Assembly: GCA_963719315.1 (NCBI GenBank) | Contig: CAVRBU010000005.1 | Coordinates: 96,001 to 160,000 of the forward strand | DNA: 64,000 nucleotides | Source: an uncultured Planctomycetota bacterium | GTDB lineage: Bacteria; Planctomycetota; Planctomycetia; Pirellulales; Lacipirellulaceae | Reading direction: 5' to 3' | Part shown: one piece after another, positions 42,531 to 52,450 of the stretch | Numbering within the stretch: the first letter of the stretch is position 1 | Layout: every line of letters begins with the position of its first letter | Notes under the pieces: model-generated | Seen by the model: the letters and a program-made list of their open reading frames with translations, nothing else | What the model was told of the DNA's origin: nothing | Databases searched by the model: none | Program-made: the position numbers and the translations under genes

Positions 42531-42711
42531 GTCGCGAATCAACTGCTTTGCGCCAGGTTGTGCGCTTTTGTGCTGACCGTCTGCGCGGTGGATGGGAGCG
42601 GACTTCGCTCCCATTCGCCGTCGGCTGGCATGGATTGCCCTACCATCTCGCAAAGCCGCCTCATAGCGGTGATTCGCCACGGCAGCTCATCGCACTGACT
42701 CCCGCCGGGCA

Positions 42712-43143
42712 TCATTCGATTCTTCCGAGTACGAGAGATAACAACAGCAGGCACAGCACGCCGGCCGTGATGAGCGTGTACACTCGATCGCCCTGATAGA
42801 TAAAGGCGAAGATCGAGACCGCCACGCGTACGACGGGTGTCGCGATTAGCACCAACAGGCCCAGCGTGACGATCGCTTCGCCCCGCAGGTCGCGCAAGCC
42901 GCCGGCCAGCGCGTGGAGCGCATGAGGAAACGGGCTATTTGGCGCCGTCAGTCGTTCAAGCTCGGCGGATTGTGAGAAGTAGGCCGGGTGTTGGACGAAC
43001 GTGATGATCGTCCCCAGGACGATCAGCGATAAGCTGGCGATCACGCCGCCGCGCAGCAAATTGCTGATCAAGAGTTCGACACGGCGAACGCGCGGGTCTA
43101 GCTCGGCGTCGTACGGCGGCAATTTGTTGGCCTGGCTCATCAT
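42712..43143 (-). CDS. DUF1634-like membrane protein
   Basis: ISNLLRGGV, LGLLVLIATPVVRV; usual TSUP partner. Confidence 0.8.
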   Translation of the reverse strand: MMSQANKLPPYDAELDPRVRRVELLISNLLRGGVIASLSLIVLGTIITFVQHPAYFSQSAELERLTAPNSPFPHALHALAGGLRDLRGEAIVTLGLLVLIATPVVRVAVSIFAFIYQGDRVYTLITAGVLCLLLLSLVLGRIE

Positions 43144-43986
43144 CCGCGGATTCCCTTCCACAGCATTTGCGCCGATACAAGCAGCAAAACCGCTACGAAC
43201 ACGATCCGGACCGTCGAGCTTTGCAGTTTGGGCAGCAGCCGCGAACCGCCGACCGCCCCCAACAACACCCCGACCGCCACGGGCGCCGCGATAAACGGAT
43301 CGATTTCGCCGCGCATGAAATAAACTCCGGCGCATAGCGGCCGCCGTGACGCCAATCATGAAATTGCTCGTGGCGGTCGAGACCTTGATCGGCATGTGCA
43401 TCGCCAAATCCATCGCCGGTACCTTCAATGCACCGGAGCCAATGCCCAGCAGCCCACTAATCGCGCCTGCGACGTACATCAACGCCAATCCGATCCGCGT
43501 GCTCACCACGCGATAGACGATTTCCCGGCCCAGACGCTCGTCGTAGTAGCTGCCATGAAGCCGCAAGTAATCGGCCCACGGCGCCGGTTTGGCAACCACC
43601 CGCTCGAATTCAGGATCTCGAAGTTTGCGAATCATCACCAGCGAGGAGTACCCCAGCACCACGCCGAAGATGATGTACAGCCAGCGGGCATTCAGCAGCC
43701 CGGCCAGATATGCGCCCGTGAGGGCGCCGGACGTTGTCGCCAACTCCAGCACCATGGCGACGCGCATGTTCGTGAGCCGATCGCGAACGTAGGATGCCGC
43801 CGCGCCGCTGGAGGTCGCAATCACGGACACGATCGACGCCCCGATTGCGTAGCGAATGTCGATGTGAAACAGCAGCGTGAGGGCGGGGATCACGATCACG
43901 CCGCCGCCCAGGCCGAGCAGCGAACCCAGAGCGCCGGCCGCAATGGAAATCACAAACGCCAGGACAGCGAATTCAAGGGGAGTCAT
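43140..43986 (-). CDS. TSUP (TauE/SafE) family transporter (frameshift near 43335 fuses it to DUF1634 in the ORF track)
   Basis: GSLLGLGGG, SGLLGIGSG, TATSNFMIGVTAA; C-terminus in 43140-43355 frame. Confidence 0.85.
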
Positions 43987-44075
43987 CGCGCGACAGGCTC
44001 AGTTGTGGCCGCATCACGGACAGTATTCCCATCAGATCTAGCGGCCGAGCGAAGCGTAATCTAGGACTTCCCAGA

Positions 44076-45488
44076 CTACAAGCCGCGTCGATGGCCGCCG
44101 GCGGGACGGCGGCGGCGCTGGATTCGTTTCGCGGGCCTACCACCACCGCCAGTCGTAGCGGATGCGTATTCACGCGCCGGGCCGCGTGGTTTGGATGCGG
44201 CGCCGCGTGACGGTCGTGCGCCCGCTCGCGGCCCGTTGGATCTCGCCCTGCCTTGATACGGTTGATCGTGTTGGCCGCCAGCCTCGCGTTTGTAGACGGG
44301 CTGGTCCTGTTCGACGTGAATTGTCTGGCGCGTGAGGCGTTCGATTTGTCGAAGTTGATCGCGCTCGTGGCGGCCACAGAACGATGTGGCGATTCCGGTC
44401 GCGCCGGCTCGACCCGTGCGGCCGATGCGGTGGACGTAAATCTCAGCCACCTCGGGCAATTCGTAGTTAATCACGTGCGAGATGCCCTGCACGTCCAAGC
44501 CACGGGCGGCGATGTCGGTCGCCACCAGCACCGGCGGGCGGTTCGATTTGAACGCATCCAGTGTGCGTTGCCGCACGCTTTGGCTCTTGTTGCCGTGGAT
44601 GGCCGCGGCGCGAATGCCGGAGCGGTCCAGGTGCTTCACGATCTTGTCGGCCCCGTGCTTCGTGCGGGCGAATACGAGCGTGCGGGTGAAGGCCGTGTTC
44701 TGCAGAAAGTGTACCAGCAATTGAGGCTTGTTCTGTTGCTCGACGAAGTACACCGAATGCTCCACCAACTCCGCCGGCGTGGCGACGGGGGCCACTTGAA
44801 TATGCGTCGGATCGTTGAGCCACTCGCTGGCCAGCTTGCGAATTTCCGGCGGCATCGTGGCCGAGAACATCAGCGTTTGACGGTTTTTCGGCACAGTAGC
44901 CACGATTTTCCGCAACGGCACGATGAAGCCCATGTCCAGCATCTGGTCGGCTTCGTCGAGAATCAGAATCTCGACGTTCCGCAGATTGATGTGGCCCTGC
45001 TCCATCAGGTCGAGCAGCCGGCCGGGCGTGGCCACGAGCACGTCGACACCGTTCTGCAAGGCCTTGACCTGCGAACCCTGCCCGACGCCGCCGTACACCA
45101 CGGTGTAACGCAGGCCGGTGAATTGGCCGTAGGTCTTGAAGCTTTGCCCGATCTGCACGGCCAGTTCGCGCGTGGGCGCGAGGATCAGCGAACGAATTGG
45201 TCGTCGATCGGCCCGCGGATACGAATCGCGAGACTTGCCGTTTGTTTTGTTTTTCGGCACCGAGCCGTTGGCAAGCGCCGGACTGACGCTGGTGCTCAAA
45301 CGATGCAGCGTGGGCAGCGCGAACGCGGCTGTTTTGCCGGTGCCGGTTTGGGCGCAACCCATCAGGTCGCACCCGGCGAGCACGGGCGGAATCGCCTGCA
45401 GTTGGATCGGCGTCGCCGTGTGATAGCCCTCGGCGCGAACGGCGCGAAGCAGCGAGTCGGCGAGGCCCAGTTGATCAAAAGTTTCCAC
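44076..45488 (-). CDS. DEAD-box RNA helicase (RhlE-like)
   Basis: AQTGTGKT, PTRELA, TPGR, DEAD, SAT, ARGLD, HRIGRTGRAG. Confidence 0.95.
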   Translation of the reverse strand: METFDQLGLADSLLRAVRAEGYHTATPIQLQAIPPVLAGCDLMGCAQTGTGKTAAFALPTLHRLSTSVSPALANGSVPKNKTNGKSRDSYPRADRRPIRSLILAPTRELAVQIGQSFKTYGQFTGLRYTVVYGGVGQGSQVKALQNGVDVLVATPGRLLDLMEQGHINLRNVEILILDEADQMLDMGFIVPLRKIVATVPKNRQTLMFSATMPPEIRKLASEWLNDPTHIQVAPVATPAELVEHSVYFVEQQNKPQLLVHFLQNTAFTRTLVFARTKHGADKIVKHLDRSGIRAAAIHGNKSQSVRQRTLDAFKSNRPPVLVATDIAARGLDVQGISHVINYELPEVAEIYVHRIGRTGRAGATGIATSFCGRHERDQLRQIERLTRQTIHVEQDQPVYKREAGGQHDQPYQGRARSNGPRAGARPSRGAASKPRGPAREYASATTGGGGRPAKRIQRRRRPAGGHRRGL

Positions 45489-45854
45489 AGATTGTACTTT
45501 CTTCCCTCACAGGGAACTTGTCTTGCTTGCGACGCAGACCTAGCGCGGAGCGGAAGTATCGTCGCAATGCTGATTACGAAAAAGGCTCGACCGCTGAACA
45601 TCAGCAGGAACCCAGAGGAGCAAGAGAATCAGTCGCGGTCGTAAGCAAGAGATACCGGGGCGTTGTATTGGAGGCCCCGATGGCCGCTGCAATCGAATTC
45701 GAATGAACCTGGCTCGGCAAGTTGCCAACGCCGGTCTCGCACCTAAGTTGTTATTCCAAGGATAGCACAAACGGGGGGCCGGTCAAGAGCGATTCGGCCT
45801 GCCAGCAGGTAAAGTACCACAATTCCGCTCGATTTGTGGAGGATATGCGCGGAG

Positions 45855-46463
45855 TCATGGAAAAGCGCTGCACTTGCACTCCCACTCAAGCTTTTCTGCC
45901 AGCACCATTTGAGTCACTTCGTCCCATGTGTTGGCCCGCGGGTCGGGCAGGTGCTCATTCGTGGAGTTCGTGAAGACGATCGTTTTGGCCCCTTCGGCCC
46001 GCAACCGCTCGACGTTCGTCGGCGAATCTTCGACGTACAGGTCGGCGCCGACCGCCGTTTTTTCTTGCATGAAACACAAGTCCCAATAGGGAATATCGTG
46101 CCGGTCGAGCCACTGGATCGTCTGACTGACCGCAATCTGGTGGAAGTATTTGATGAACAATCGATGCGTGATGATGCGGATTCGCACGCCGGATTTCGAC
46201 AGCTTACGCAGCGCCTGCGGCGCTCGGGCGGTCGGCGGAAGCTTCAGGAAAAGCTCTCGCTGCATCACGGCGAATTTGTGGAGTGCGTCGTAGCCGCCCG
46301 GCGCTTGATCGACTCCCCACTCCGCGAGCCCCCACGATACGCGCTCGGGCAGCGAGTCGAGCGCAACACCCAACCACTCGGCCGCAATCGGCCGTAGGCC
46401 GCCATAAAAATCAGCGACGACGCCGTCGAGGTCGACGCCAAAAACGAAGGAACTATCTGCCAT
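45855..46463 (-). CDS. HAD-superfamily 5'(3')-nucleotidase-like protein
   Basis: [22 protein letters not shown]. Confidence 0.8.
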   Translation of the reverse strand: MADSSFVFGVDLDGVVADFYGGLRPIAAEWLGVALDSLPERVSWGLAEWGVDQAPGGYDALHKFAVMQRELFLKLPPTARAPQALRKLSKSGVRIRIITHRLFIKYFHQIAVSQTIQWLDRHDIPYWDLCFMQEKTAVGADLYVEDSPTNVERLRAEGAKTIVFTNSTNEHLPDPRANTWDEVTQMVLAEKLEWECKCSAFP

Positions 46464-46470
46464 GTCATGA

Positions 46471-46550
46471 AGGATACAGGATGCAGGATGCGGGGGCAGG
46501 GATGGCGTTCCATTGCCTTGCCCCTGCCTCCCGCATCCTCAATCCTCAAT
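46471..46550. repeat. heptamer inverted-repeat hairpin (AGGATGC / CCTSMAT)
   Basis: aggatac aggatgc aggatgc ggggg ... cctgcct cccgcat cctcaat cctcaat. Confidence 0.75.
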
Positions 46551-48680
46551 TACGACTCTCCCAAAAACTTCTGCAACACATCTTCCGGCGCCGGCGCGTA
46601 CGTGCTCGGTTCCATCGAGCAACTGGCCCGGCCTTGGCTGAGCGAGCGCATTGCGCTGGAGTAGCCGAACAAGTTGGCGAGCGGCGCCTCGGCATGCAGC
46701 ACGGTAGCCGTGCCGCGCGATTCGGTGCTGTGGATAATTGCGCGGCGCTGTTGCAAATCGCCCACGAGGTCGCCGACGTGCTCGTCCGGCGTGCTGATTT
46801 CGAGCTTCATAATGGGCTCGAGCAGCACCGGCCCAGCGGCCCGCAGCGCTTGATCGAAAGCGTGGTTCGTGGCGGTGTGGAAGGCAATTTCGGACGGGCC
46901 GTTCTCGCCTACCTCGCCGCCAAGTACGGTCACTTTCAGCCGCATCAACGGGAAACCCAGCAGGCCGCCACCCTGCCCTGAGCTTTCCAGTTCTTCGAGC
47001 ACGACGGTGAGCATGTCGCTCGGCAGACCATGCTGCGGCGAATTTGTCACCGTGACCGGCCCAAGGCCCTTTTCGAACGGTTCGACTCGCACTCGCACTT
47101 TTGCCGCGTGATTCGTGCCCTGAATCATACGGCTGCATTCGCCGACCGCCTCGGCCGACCGCGCAACGGTTTCGCGATAGCTCACCCGAGGTTTGTGAAC
47201 CTTCACATTCAGGCGATAATCGCGCTGCAATTTGTGCTGCACGATTTCCAGGTGCAACTCGCCCATGCCGCTGATGAGCGTTTGGCCCGTTTCGGGATTT
47301 TCTTCAGCGCGGAATGTGGGGTCCTGCTTGCGAAGCATGGTCAACGTCTCGGCCAGCTTCTTGCGGTCCTCCGTGCTCTCGGCTTCGATCGCCATCGAGA
47401 TGACCGTTTCCGGAAAATCGATCGACGCCAACAGAATCGGTTCGCGTGTGTCGCACAGTGTGTCGCCCGTGATCGAATCACGCAGGCCGATGACGCCGAC
47501 GATGTCGCCCGCGCGGGCTGAATCGAGCTGCTCGTCCTTCTTGCTGGCGTGAATTCGCCAGAGCTGGGCAACGTTCTCCTTCTTATCGCGCGTCGAATTC
47601 AATACGCGCGAATTCGGGTCCAAAGTGCCGGAGTAGACGCGCACCCATGAAAGGTCACCCGTTTTGTAGGGCTGAATCTTGAAGACGAGCCCGCAAAACG
47701 GCTCGGTGGGATCTGGCTTGCGGCGAATCGTGTTTGTTTGCTCGCCGCCACATTCGGCCGCCTTTCCTTTCCCCTTGTGCTTATGCTGCAAGTCCACGCC
47801 CTCGACCGGCGGAACATCGGTCGGGTTCGGCAGGTACGCCGCCACCGCATCGAGAATCGGCGCCACCCCCACGCCGTGCAACGCGGAACCGCACAGCACG
47901 GGTTGAATCTGAAGGTGCACCGTCGCCTCGCGGAGAACCTTGTGAATGAGCGATTCCGGAATCGGCTCTTCGGCTAGCGCCAACTCCATCAATTCGTTGC
48001 TGTAATTGTAGAGCGATTCGAGCAACTTCTCACGCCATAGTTGGGCCTCGCTGGCAAGCTCGTCGTCGGGGATCTCGGCCGCGATGATCTTATTGCCTTC
48101 CTTGCCCTCCGGGAAAGTAAGCAGCTTCATTCGCACGAGGTCGATCACGCCGCAAAATGGATTGGCCGTATGGGCAGGCCCCAACCCAACGGGAATTTGC
48201 AGCGCGACCGGATTCGCGTCCAGCCGGCTGCCGATTTCCGTGAACACTGCTTCGAAATCGGCGCCTTCGCGGTCGAGCTTGTTGATGAACGCCAGCCGCG
48301 GCACTTTGTACTTATTGGCCTGCCGCCACACCGTTTCGCTCTGCGCCTCGACACCCTCCCGGGCGCTGAAACACCACCACGCCGCCATCCAGCACGCGCA
48401 GGCTCCGCTCCACCTCGGCCGTGAAATCGACGTGGCCCGGCGTATCGATGAGGTTGATGATGACGTCCTTCCACGGAAACTGCACGCAAGCCGAATAAAT
48501 CGTGATGCCGCGCTCGGCCTCCTCCGGATCGTCATCCGTCGTCGTAGTACCCCGATCCACCTCGCCCGCACGATGCTTAGCACCACTGGCAAAGAGCATC
48601 CGCTCCGTGACCGTGGTCTTCCCGGCATCGATGTGAGCAATGATGCCGATGTTGCGAATTTTTTCGAGAGGGGGAGTCAT
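46550..48680 (-). CDS. fusA: elongation factor G (frameshift near 48370)
   Basis: [23 protein letters not shown] joins [28 protein letters not shown]. Confidence 0.95.
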
Positions 48681-48703
48681 TAGCCTTAAAGCGCAACGCT
48701 CGC

Positions 48704-49022
48704 TTAGGGTTGTTCGTATGTGATCGTTTTTAGATGTGACGTTAGCGGGCTCGGTGCAGGCAAATCAGCTGACCCAAATGGTGTTTCGAGCGGAGCATTG
48801 AGGTCCAAGTAATGAAAGAAAAACGCAAACGTTGTGTGACCTTTTATTTCCAACCTTCTCTCATCATACGCGACTTGCCAATTGGCTTTAGGCTGATTGG
48901 CTATCGCTTGCGCTACTTTTCCAAAATCGAATAGCGTCAGACCCCATTACTTCGATTTCAATTAAATGCACCGGCTCGCTCGCGGCTACCGAATGTACAC
49001 CCAAGACCTTGATCTGCGTCAT
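48704..49022 (-). CDS. AT-rich hypothetical protein of about 105 aa (frameshift near 48930)
   Basis: [10 protein letters not shown]...EPVHLIEI joins FDFGKVAQ...NWQVAYDE...[17 protein letters not shown]...YEQP* (manual translation). Confidence 0.6.
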
Positions 49023-49091
49023 CAAACACCTCACAAGCGTGCGCAAAGCGCGTAAAAAAAGCCGGGGACCAAAGGCTGAGGCTCGTTTGAA

Positions 49092-49124
49092 CCCCAGCCC
49101 CCAGTCCCCAGCCTCCAGTCCCCC
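49092..49124. repeat. single-arm heptamer tandem repeat (CCCCAGY x4-5)
   Basis: ccccagc ccccagt ccccagc ctccagt cccc directly after the rpsG stop. Confidence 0.8.
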
Positions 49125-49126
49125 GA

Positions 49127-49597
49127 CTACCACGCAAAATGCGCGAACGCCTTGTTGGCATCCGCCATGCGATGCACGTTTTCGCGGCGGCTGACGGCCG
49201 CGCCTTCGCGATTGAACGCGGCCACGAACTCATCGGCCAGTTTCTGAGCCGTGGGCCGGCCTTTCTTTTCGCGGATCGCCAACAGCACCCAGCGGATCGC
49301 CAGCGACTGTTGCCGCGTGCGGTTCACCTGCATTGGGACCTGATAGGCGGCGCCACCGACACGCTTGCTGCGGACTTCGATCGAAGGCTTCACGTGCTCC
49401 AGGGCCTGCGTGAAAACCTCGATCGGCTCCTTATCCGGCACGCGCTTCTTCACGATTTCGAGCGCATCATAAAACACGTTCTGCGCAACGCTTTTCTTGC
49501 CGTCGTACATGAGCGTGTTGATGAACTTCGAAGCCAGGAGCGAGCCGTACAACGGATCGGGCTTGAGCTGTTTGCGGCTGGAGGTGATTCTTCCCAT
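49127..49597 (-). CDS. rpsG: 30S ribosomal protein S7
   Basis: [28 protein letters not shown]. Confidence 0.98.
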   Translation of the reverse strand: MGRITSSRKQLKPDPLYGSLLASKFINTLMYDGKKSVAQNVFYDALEIVKKRVPDKEPIEVFTQALEHVKPSIEVRSKRVGGAAYQVPMQVNRTRQQSLAIRWVLLAIREKKGRPTAQKLADEFVAAFNREGAAVSRRENVHRMADANKAFAHFAW

Positions 49598-49631
49598 GGA
49601 CTAATTGGCTTATCGATTTTGCTTAAGTTCT

Positions 49632-49712
49632 ATTTGTCATTGCAAATTTGTAATTTGTCATTGGCCATTTCCGAAATGACCAATTTCAAATGACAGCCGA
49701 CCAATGACCAAT
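49632..49712. repeat. heptamer inverted-repeat hairpin (TTTGTCA / AATGACA), gene-less version of the 62060-62543 element
   Basis: Two 40-nt arms separated by 1 nt; left arm 37-38/40 identical to the arms at 62060 and 62504. Confidence 0.9.
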
Positions 49713-49716
49713 CCGA

Positions 49717-50085
49717 TTACGATTTCTTCGCGCCATACCGGCTGCGCGATTTCTTGCGGCCTTGTACGCCCAGCGTATCGCGGGCACCGCGGACGACCTG
49801 GTACCGCACGCCCGGCAAGTCGCGAATACGACCGCCGCGCACGAGTACGATGCTATGCTCCTGCAGCGAATGGCCTTCGCCCGGGATGTACACGGTGACT
49901 TCCTTGCCGTTGGATAGCCGCACGCGAGTGATCTTCCGCAGCGCGGAGTTCGGCTTCTTGGGCGTCATCGTCCGCACCAACAGACACACGCCGCGCTTCT
50001 GCGGGCACTTATCCAACACGGGCGACTTTGAAAACTTCCGCTTCGCCCTCCGCCGCCGGCGGACGAGTTGATTCACGGTCGGCAT
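49717..50085 (-). CDS. rpsL: 30S ribosomal protein S12
   Basis: [28 protein letters not shown]. Confidence 0.98.
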   Translation of the reverse strand: MPTVNQLVRRRRRAKRKFSKSPVLDKCPQKRGVCLLVRTMTPKKPNSALRKITRVRLSNGKEVTVYIPGEGHSLQEHSIVLVRGGRIRDLPGVRYQVVRGARDTLGVQGRKKSRSRYGAKKS

Positions 50086-50157
50086 AACTAGCCTTCTATC
50101 GGGGCATTCGACCAAAACGCGTAGAAACCAATAAGTTTACGCCTTTTGAGGGGGCCG

Positions 50158-50458
50158 TCAAGGGCGGGAACGTGATGCCAGCCAGCGATTCAACGATCCT
50201 TCGCTCTCGCCGCTGCGACGCCCAGCTAAAAGACCCTCCACCCCAAGATGCTCGTCTAAGTCGGGCCATTCGATCGCATAGCCATCGCCCAAAATTTGCA
50301 AATTCTGCCGTTCGGCATTGGATCCGTGAAGAAGCCGAGGGTACCACGCCAACGGCACGGCAAAAACTACGACCGTCCGCCAACTCGACGACCAGTTGAT
50401 CAGCGTTCAGGCTCACATTCACCACGATCGGGTCTACTTCAAGCACCAAAGTAGTCAT
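50158..50458 (-). CDS. DUF2442-family protein, putative antitoxin (frameshift near 50365)
   Basis: LVVELADGRS joins VPLAWYPRL...IEWPDLDEHL. Confidence 0.85.
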
Positions 50459-50561
50459 GCCACGCCTCAATAATGGTCTGTTGATATTGTACCGCGAATC
50501 GCTCCAACTCGTTCAGTTCATGGACCGCAATCCACGATTCTTGGCGAGTGAAATCGGCTCG
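50439..50561 (-). pseudogene. C-terminal remnant of a DUF4160-family gene
   Basis: EPISLAKNRG / HELNELERFAVQYQQTIIEAWHDYFGA*; overlaps the DUF2442 start; no N-terminal half. Confidence 0.65.
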
Positions 50562-50572
50562 CCGTAAGCTAG

Positions 50573-51670
50573 CTACTCAATCTTCGCTTTCGACGCCACT
50601 TCGGGCGTCGCCGACGCATCCACAAACACATCCACTTGCTGCCCGACGAACAGCCGTTTGTCGCCTCCGTCCACGGCGTAGATAACTTGCAGCACGCGCG
50701 TATCGACCCGCTCCGTGTTGTCACCCGTGAGCGATTTTTTGGGAATCACATAGGGCTCGATCCGCACGAATCGCAGCGGGAAGAAATCCTTCGATTGCCC
50801 TTTGAGCGCGGCCTTGGCCGGCGCACCAGGCTTGAAACGCGGAATGTCGTACTCGTCGATATCGACGCGCACGTGAAGTTGCTTCGTGCTGCCGAGCACG
50901 ATGAGCGCCTTGTCGGGCGGCGCACCGACGAACTCGCCCGGCCGCACGTTCACTTGCAGCACCTCGCCGTCGACGAGGGCCTTTACCGTCAGCCGATCCA
51001 CTTCGATTTGGGCCTCCTCGACCTGCGCCTTTTCGCGATCGACCGCCGTTTTGGCAACGTGTAGCTCGGGTTGCCAAGTGCCGGCTTTCAGCAGATTGTA
51101 GTCGGCGACCGCTTTATTGTAGCGCTCGCGGGCGGCGATGGCGTTCTGCTTACGCTCCTGAAATTCCTCCTCCGACATCGTCCGATCGGTCACGAGCTTT
51201 TCGCCGCGGGCCCATTGCTGTTCCCAGTTGTCCCAATCGGCTTTGGCCTCGCGAACTTTGGCCTCGGCGGCGGGAAGTTCTTCCGGTCGCGGCATCGATT
51301 CCAGGCGTTCGAGCGAAGCCATCGTGTCGGCGAGCATTGCCTGTCGAACGGCCAGTTCGGCCTTGCGATCGCGATCGTCGATCCGGAACAGCGGCGTTCC
51401 CGCCTTCACACGCTGGCCCACTTTCACGAACACCTCGACCACGATGCCGGGAAGCGGAGCACCGATCGAAATGTTTTCGGTCTCCGGCTCGACCATCCCG
51501 GCGCCGGCTACGGAATTCGGAAACGGGTTTGCCGCCGGTTGAATCGGGGGCGGCACCACCGGCATCCGCTGCGTCGCTTGGGCCATATACCTTACGGCAA
51601 ATGCGATCAGCCCGACGGCTACGATCGGCAACCCAAACTTCGTGAACAGGTTTAGTAGTTTGTTAAGCAT
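50573..51670 (-). CDS. membrane fusion protein (HlyD/DevB-like)
   Basis: N-terminal TM, lipoyl-like halves, coiled coil, ERVDTRVLQVIY. Confidence 0.9.
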   Translation of the reverse strand: MLNKLLNLFTKFGLPIVAVGLIAFAVRYMAQATQRMPVVPPPIQPAANPFPNSVAGAGMVEPETENISIGAPLPGIVVEVFVKVGQRVKAGTPLFRIDDRDRKAELAVRQAMLADTMASLERLESMPRPEELPAAEAKVREAKADWDNWEQQWARGEKLVTDRTMSEEEFQERKQNAIAARERYNKAVADYNLLKAGTWQPELHVAKTAVDREKAQVEEAQIEVDRLTVKALVDGEVLQVNVRPGEFVGAPPDKALIVLGSTKQLHVRVDIDEYDIPRFKPGAPAKAALKGQSKDFFPLRFVRIEPYVIPKKSLTGDNTERVDTRVLQVIYAVDGGDKRLFVGQQVDVFVDASATPEVASKAKIE

Positions 51671-51716
51671 GGGAAGAGGCTCTTCATCAATTGCGTTCGC
51701 GGTACGACGCGAACTG

Positions 51717-52445
51717 CTACGCGATTAGTGCGCGCTCCTTTGCGTCTTGTCTTTCCAGCGAAACGATTCGCCCATCGTCCATCCGCGCGAGCGTATCGGC
51801 AAACTCGAAAATGCGGCTGTCGTGCGTGACGATGATCACCGCGCGATCTCCCTCAATGGCGTTGCTCCGCAGCAGTTCCAAGATCGTGTGACCGGTATGG
51901 GCATCGAGCGACGAGGTCGGCTCATCGCACACAAGCAAATGCGGGTGGTGAATGAGCGCGCGGGCGATGGCGACCCGTTGCTGCTGGCCGCCGGAGAGCT
52001 GGCCGGGCAAGTTATTGGCGCGATCAGCCATGCCCATTTTGTCCAACAGTTCATTTGCCGCCGCCAAAGCAGCCCAGCGCGAATACCCCTGAATCACGAG
52101 CGGCACGGCCGCGTTTTCCGCCGCCGTGAGCGCCGGCAGCAGATTGAATTGCTGGAAGACGAAGCCCACGTTCGTCCGGCGAAACGCCGTCCGCCGCCAC
52201 GACGACAGCAGCGTGAGATCGCTGCCCAGTGCGAGCACACTCCCTTTCGTGGGCCGCAGAATGCCAGCCACGATCGAAAGCAGCGTCGTCTTGCCGCAGC
52301 CGCTCGGCCCGACAAGCATGGTTAGCTTGCCGGGATACACTTCGAGATTTACGCCCCGCAGCGCGTGGACTTCGGCGTTGCCGCTGCCGTAGACCTTCAC
52401 GACGTCGCGACATGCGATTAGCGGTTGTGATTTGTCGCCGTTCAT
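51717..52445 (-). CDS. ABC exporter ATPase (LolD/DevA-like)
   Basis: [27 protein letters not shown]. Confidence 0.93.
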   Translation of the reverse strand: MNGDKSQPLIACRDVVKVYGSGNAEVHALRGVNLEVYPGKLTMLVGPSGCGKTTLLSIVAGILRPTKGSVLALGSDLTLLSSWRRTAFRRTNVGFVFQQFNLLPALTAAENAAVPLVIQGYSRWAALAAANELLDKMGMADRANNLPGQLSGGQQQRVAIARALIHHPHLLVCDEPTSSLDAHTGHTILELLRSNAIEGDRAVIIVTHDSRIFEFADTLARMDDGRIVSLERQDAKERALIA

Positions 52446-52450
52446 CGCGA

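Noticed and set aside
42712..43986. Novel TSUP-DUF1634 fusion protein
   Set aside because: The TSUP C-terminus is present in another frame (43140-43355); the fusion arises from an indel
45489..45850. Structured RNA in the long helicase leader
   Set aside because: No recognisable riboswitch or ncRNA motif by eye; would need an Rfam search
28081..48680. Programmed ribosomal frameshifting in rplF or fusA
   Set aside because: No convincing slippery heptamers, and many unrelated genes show the same breaks
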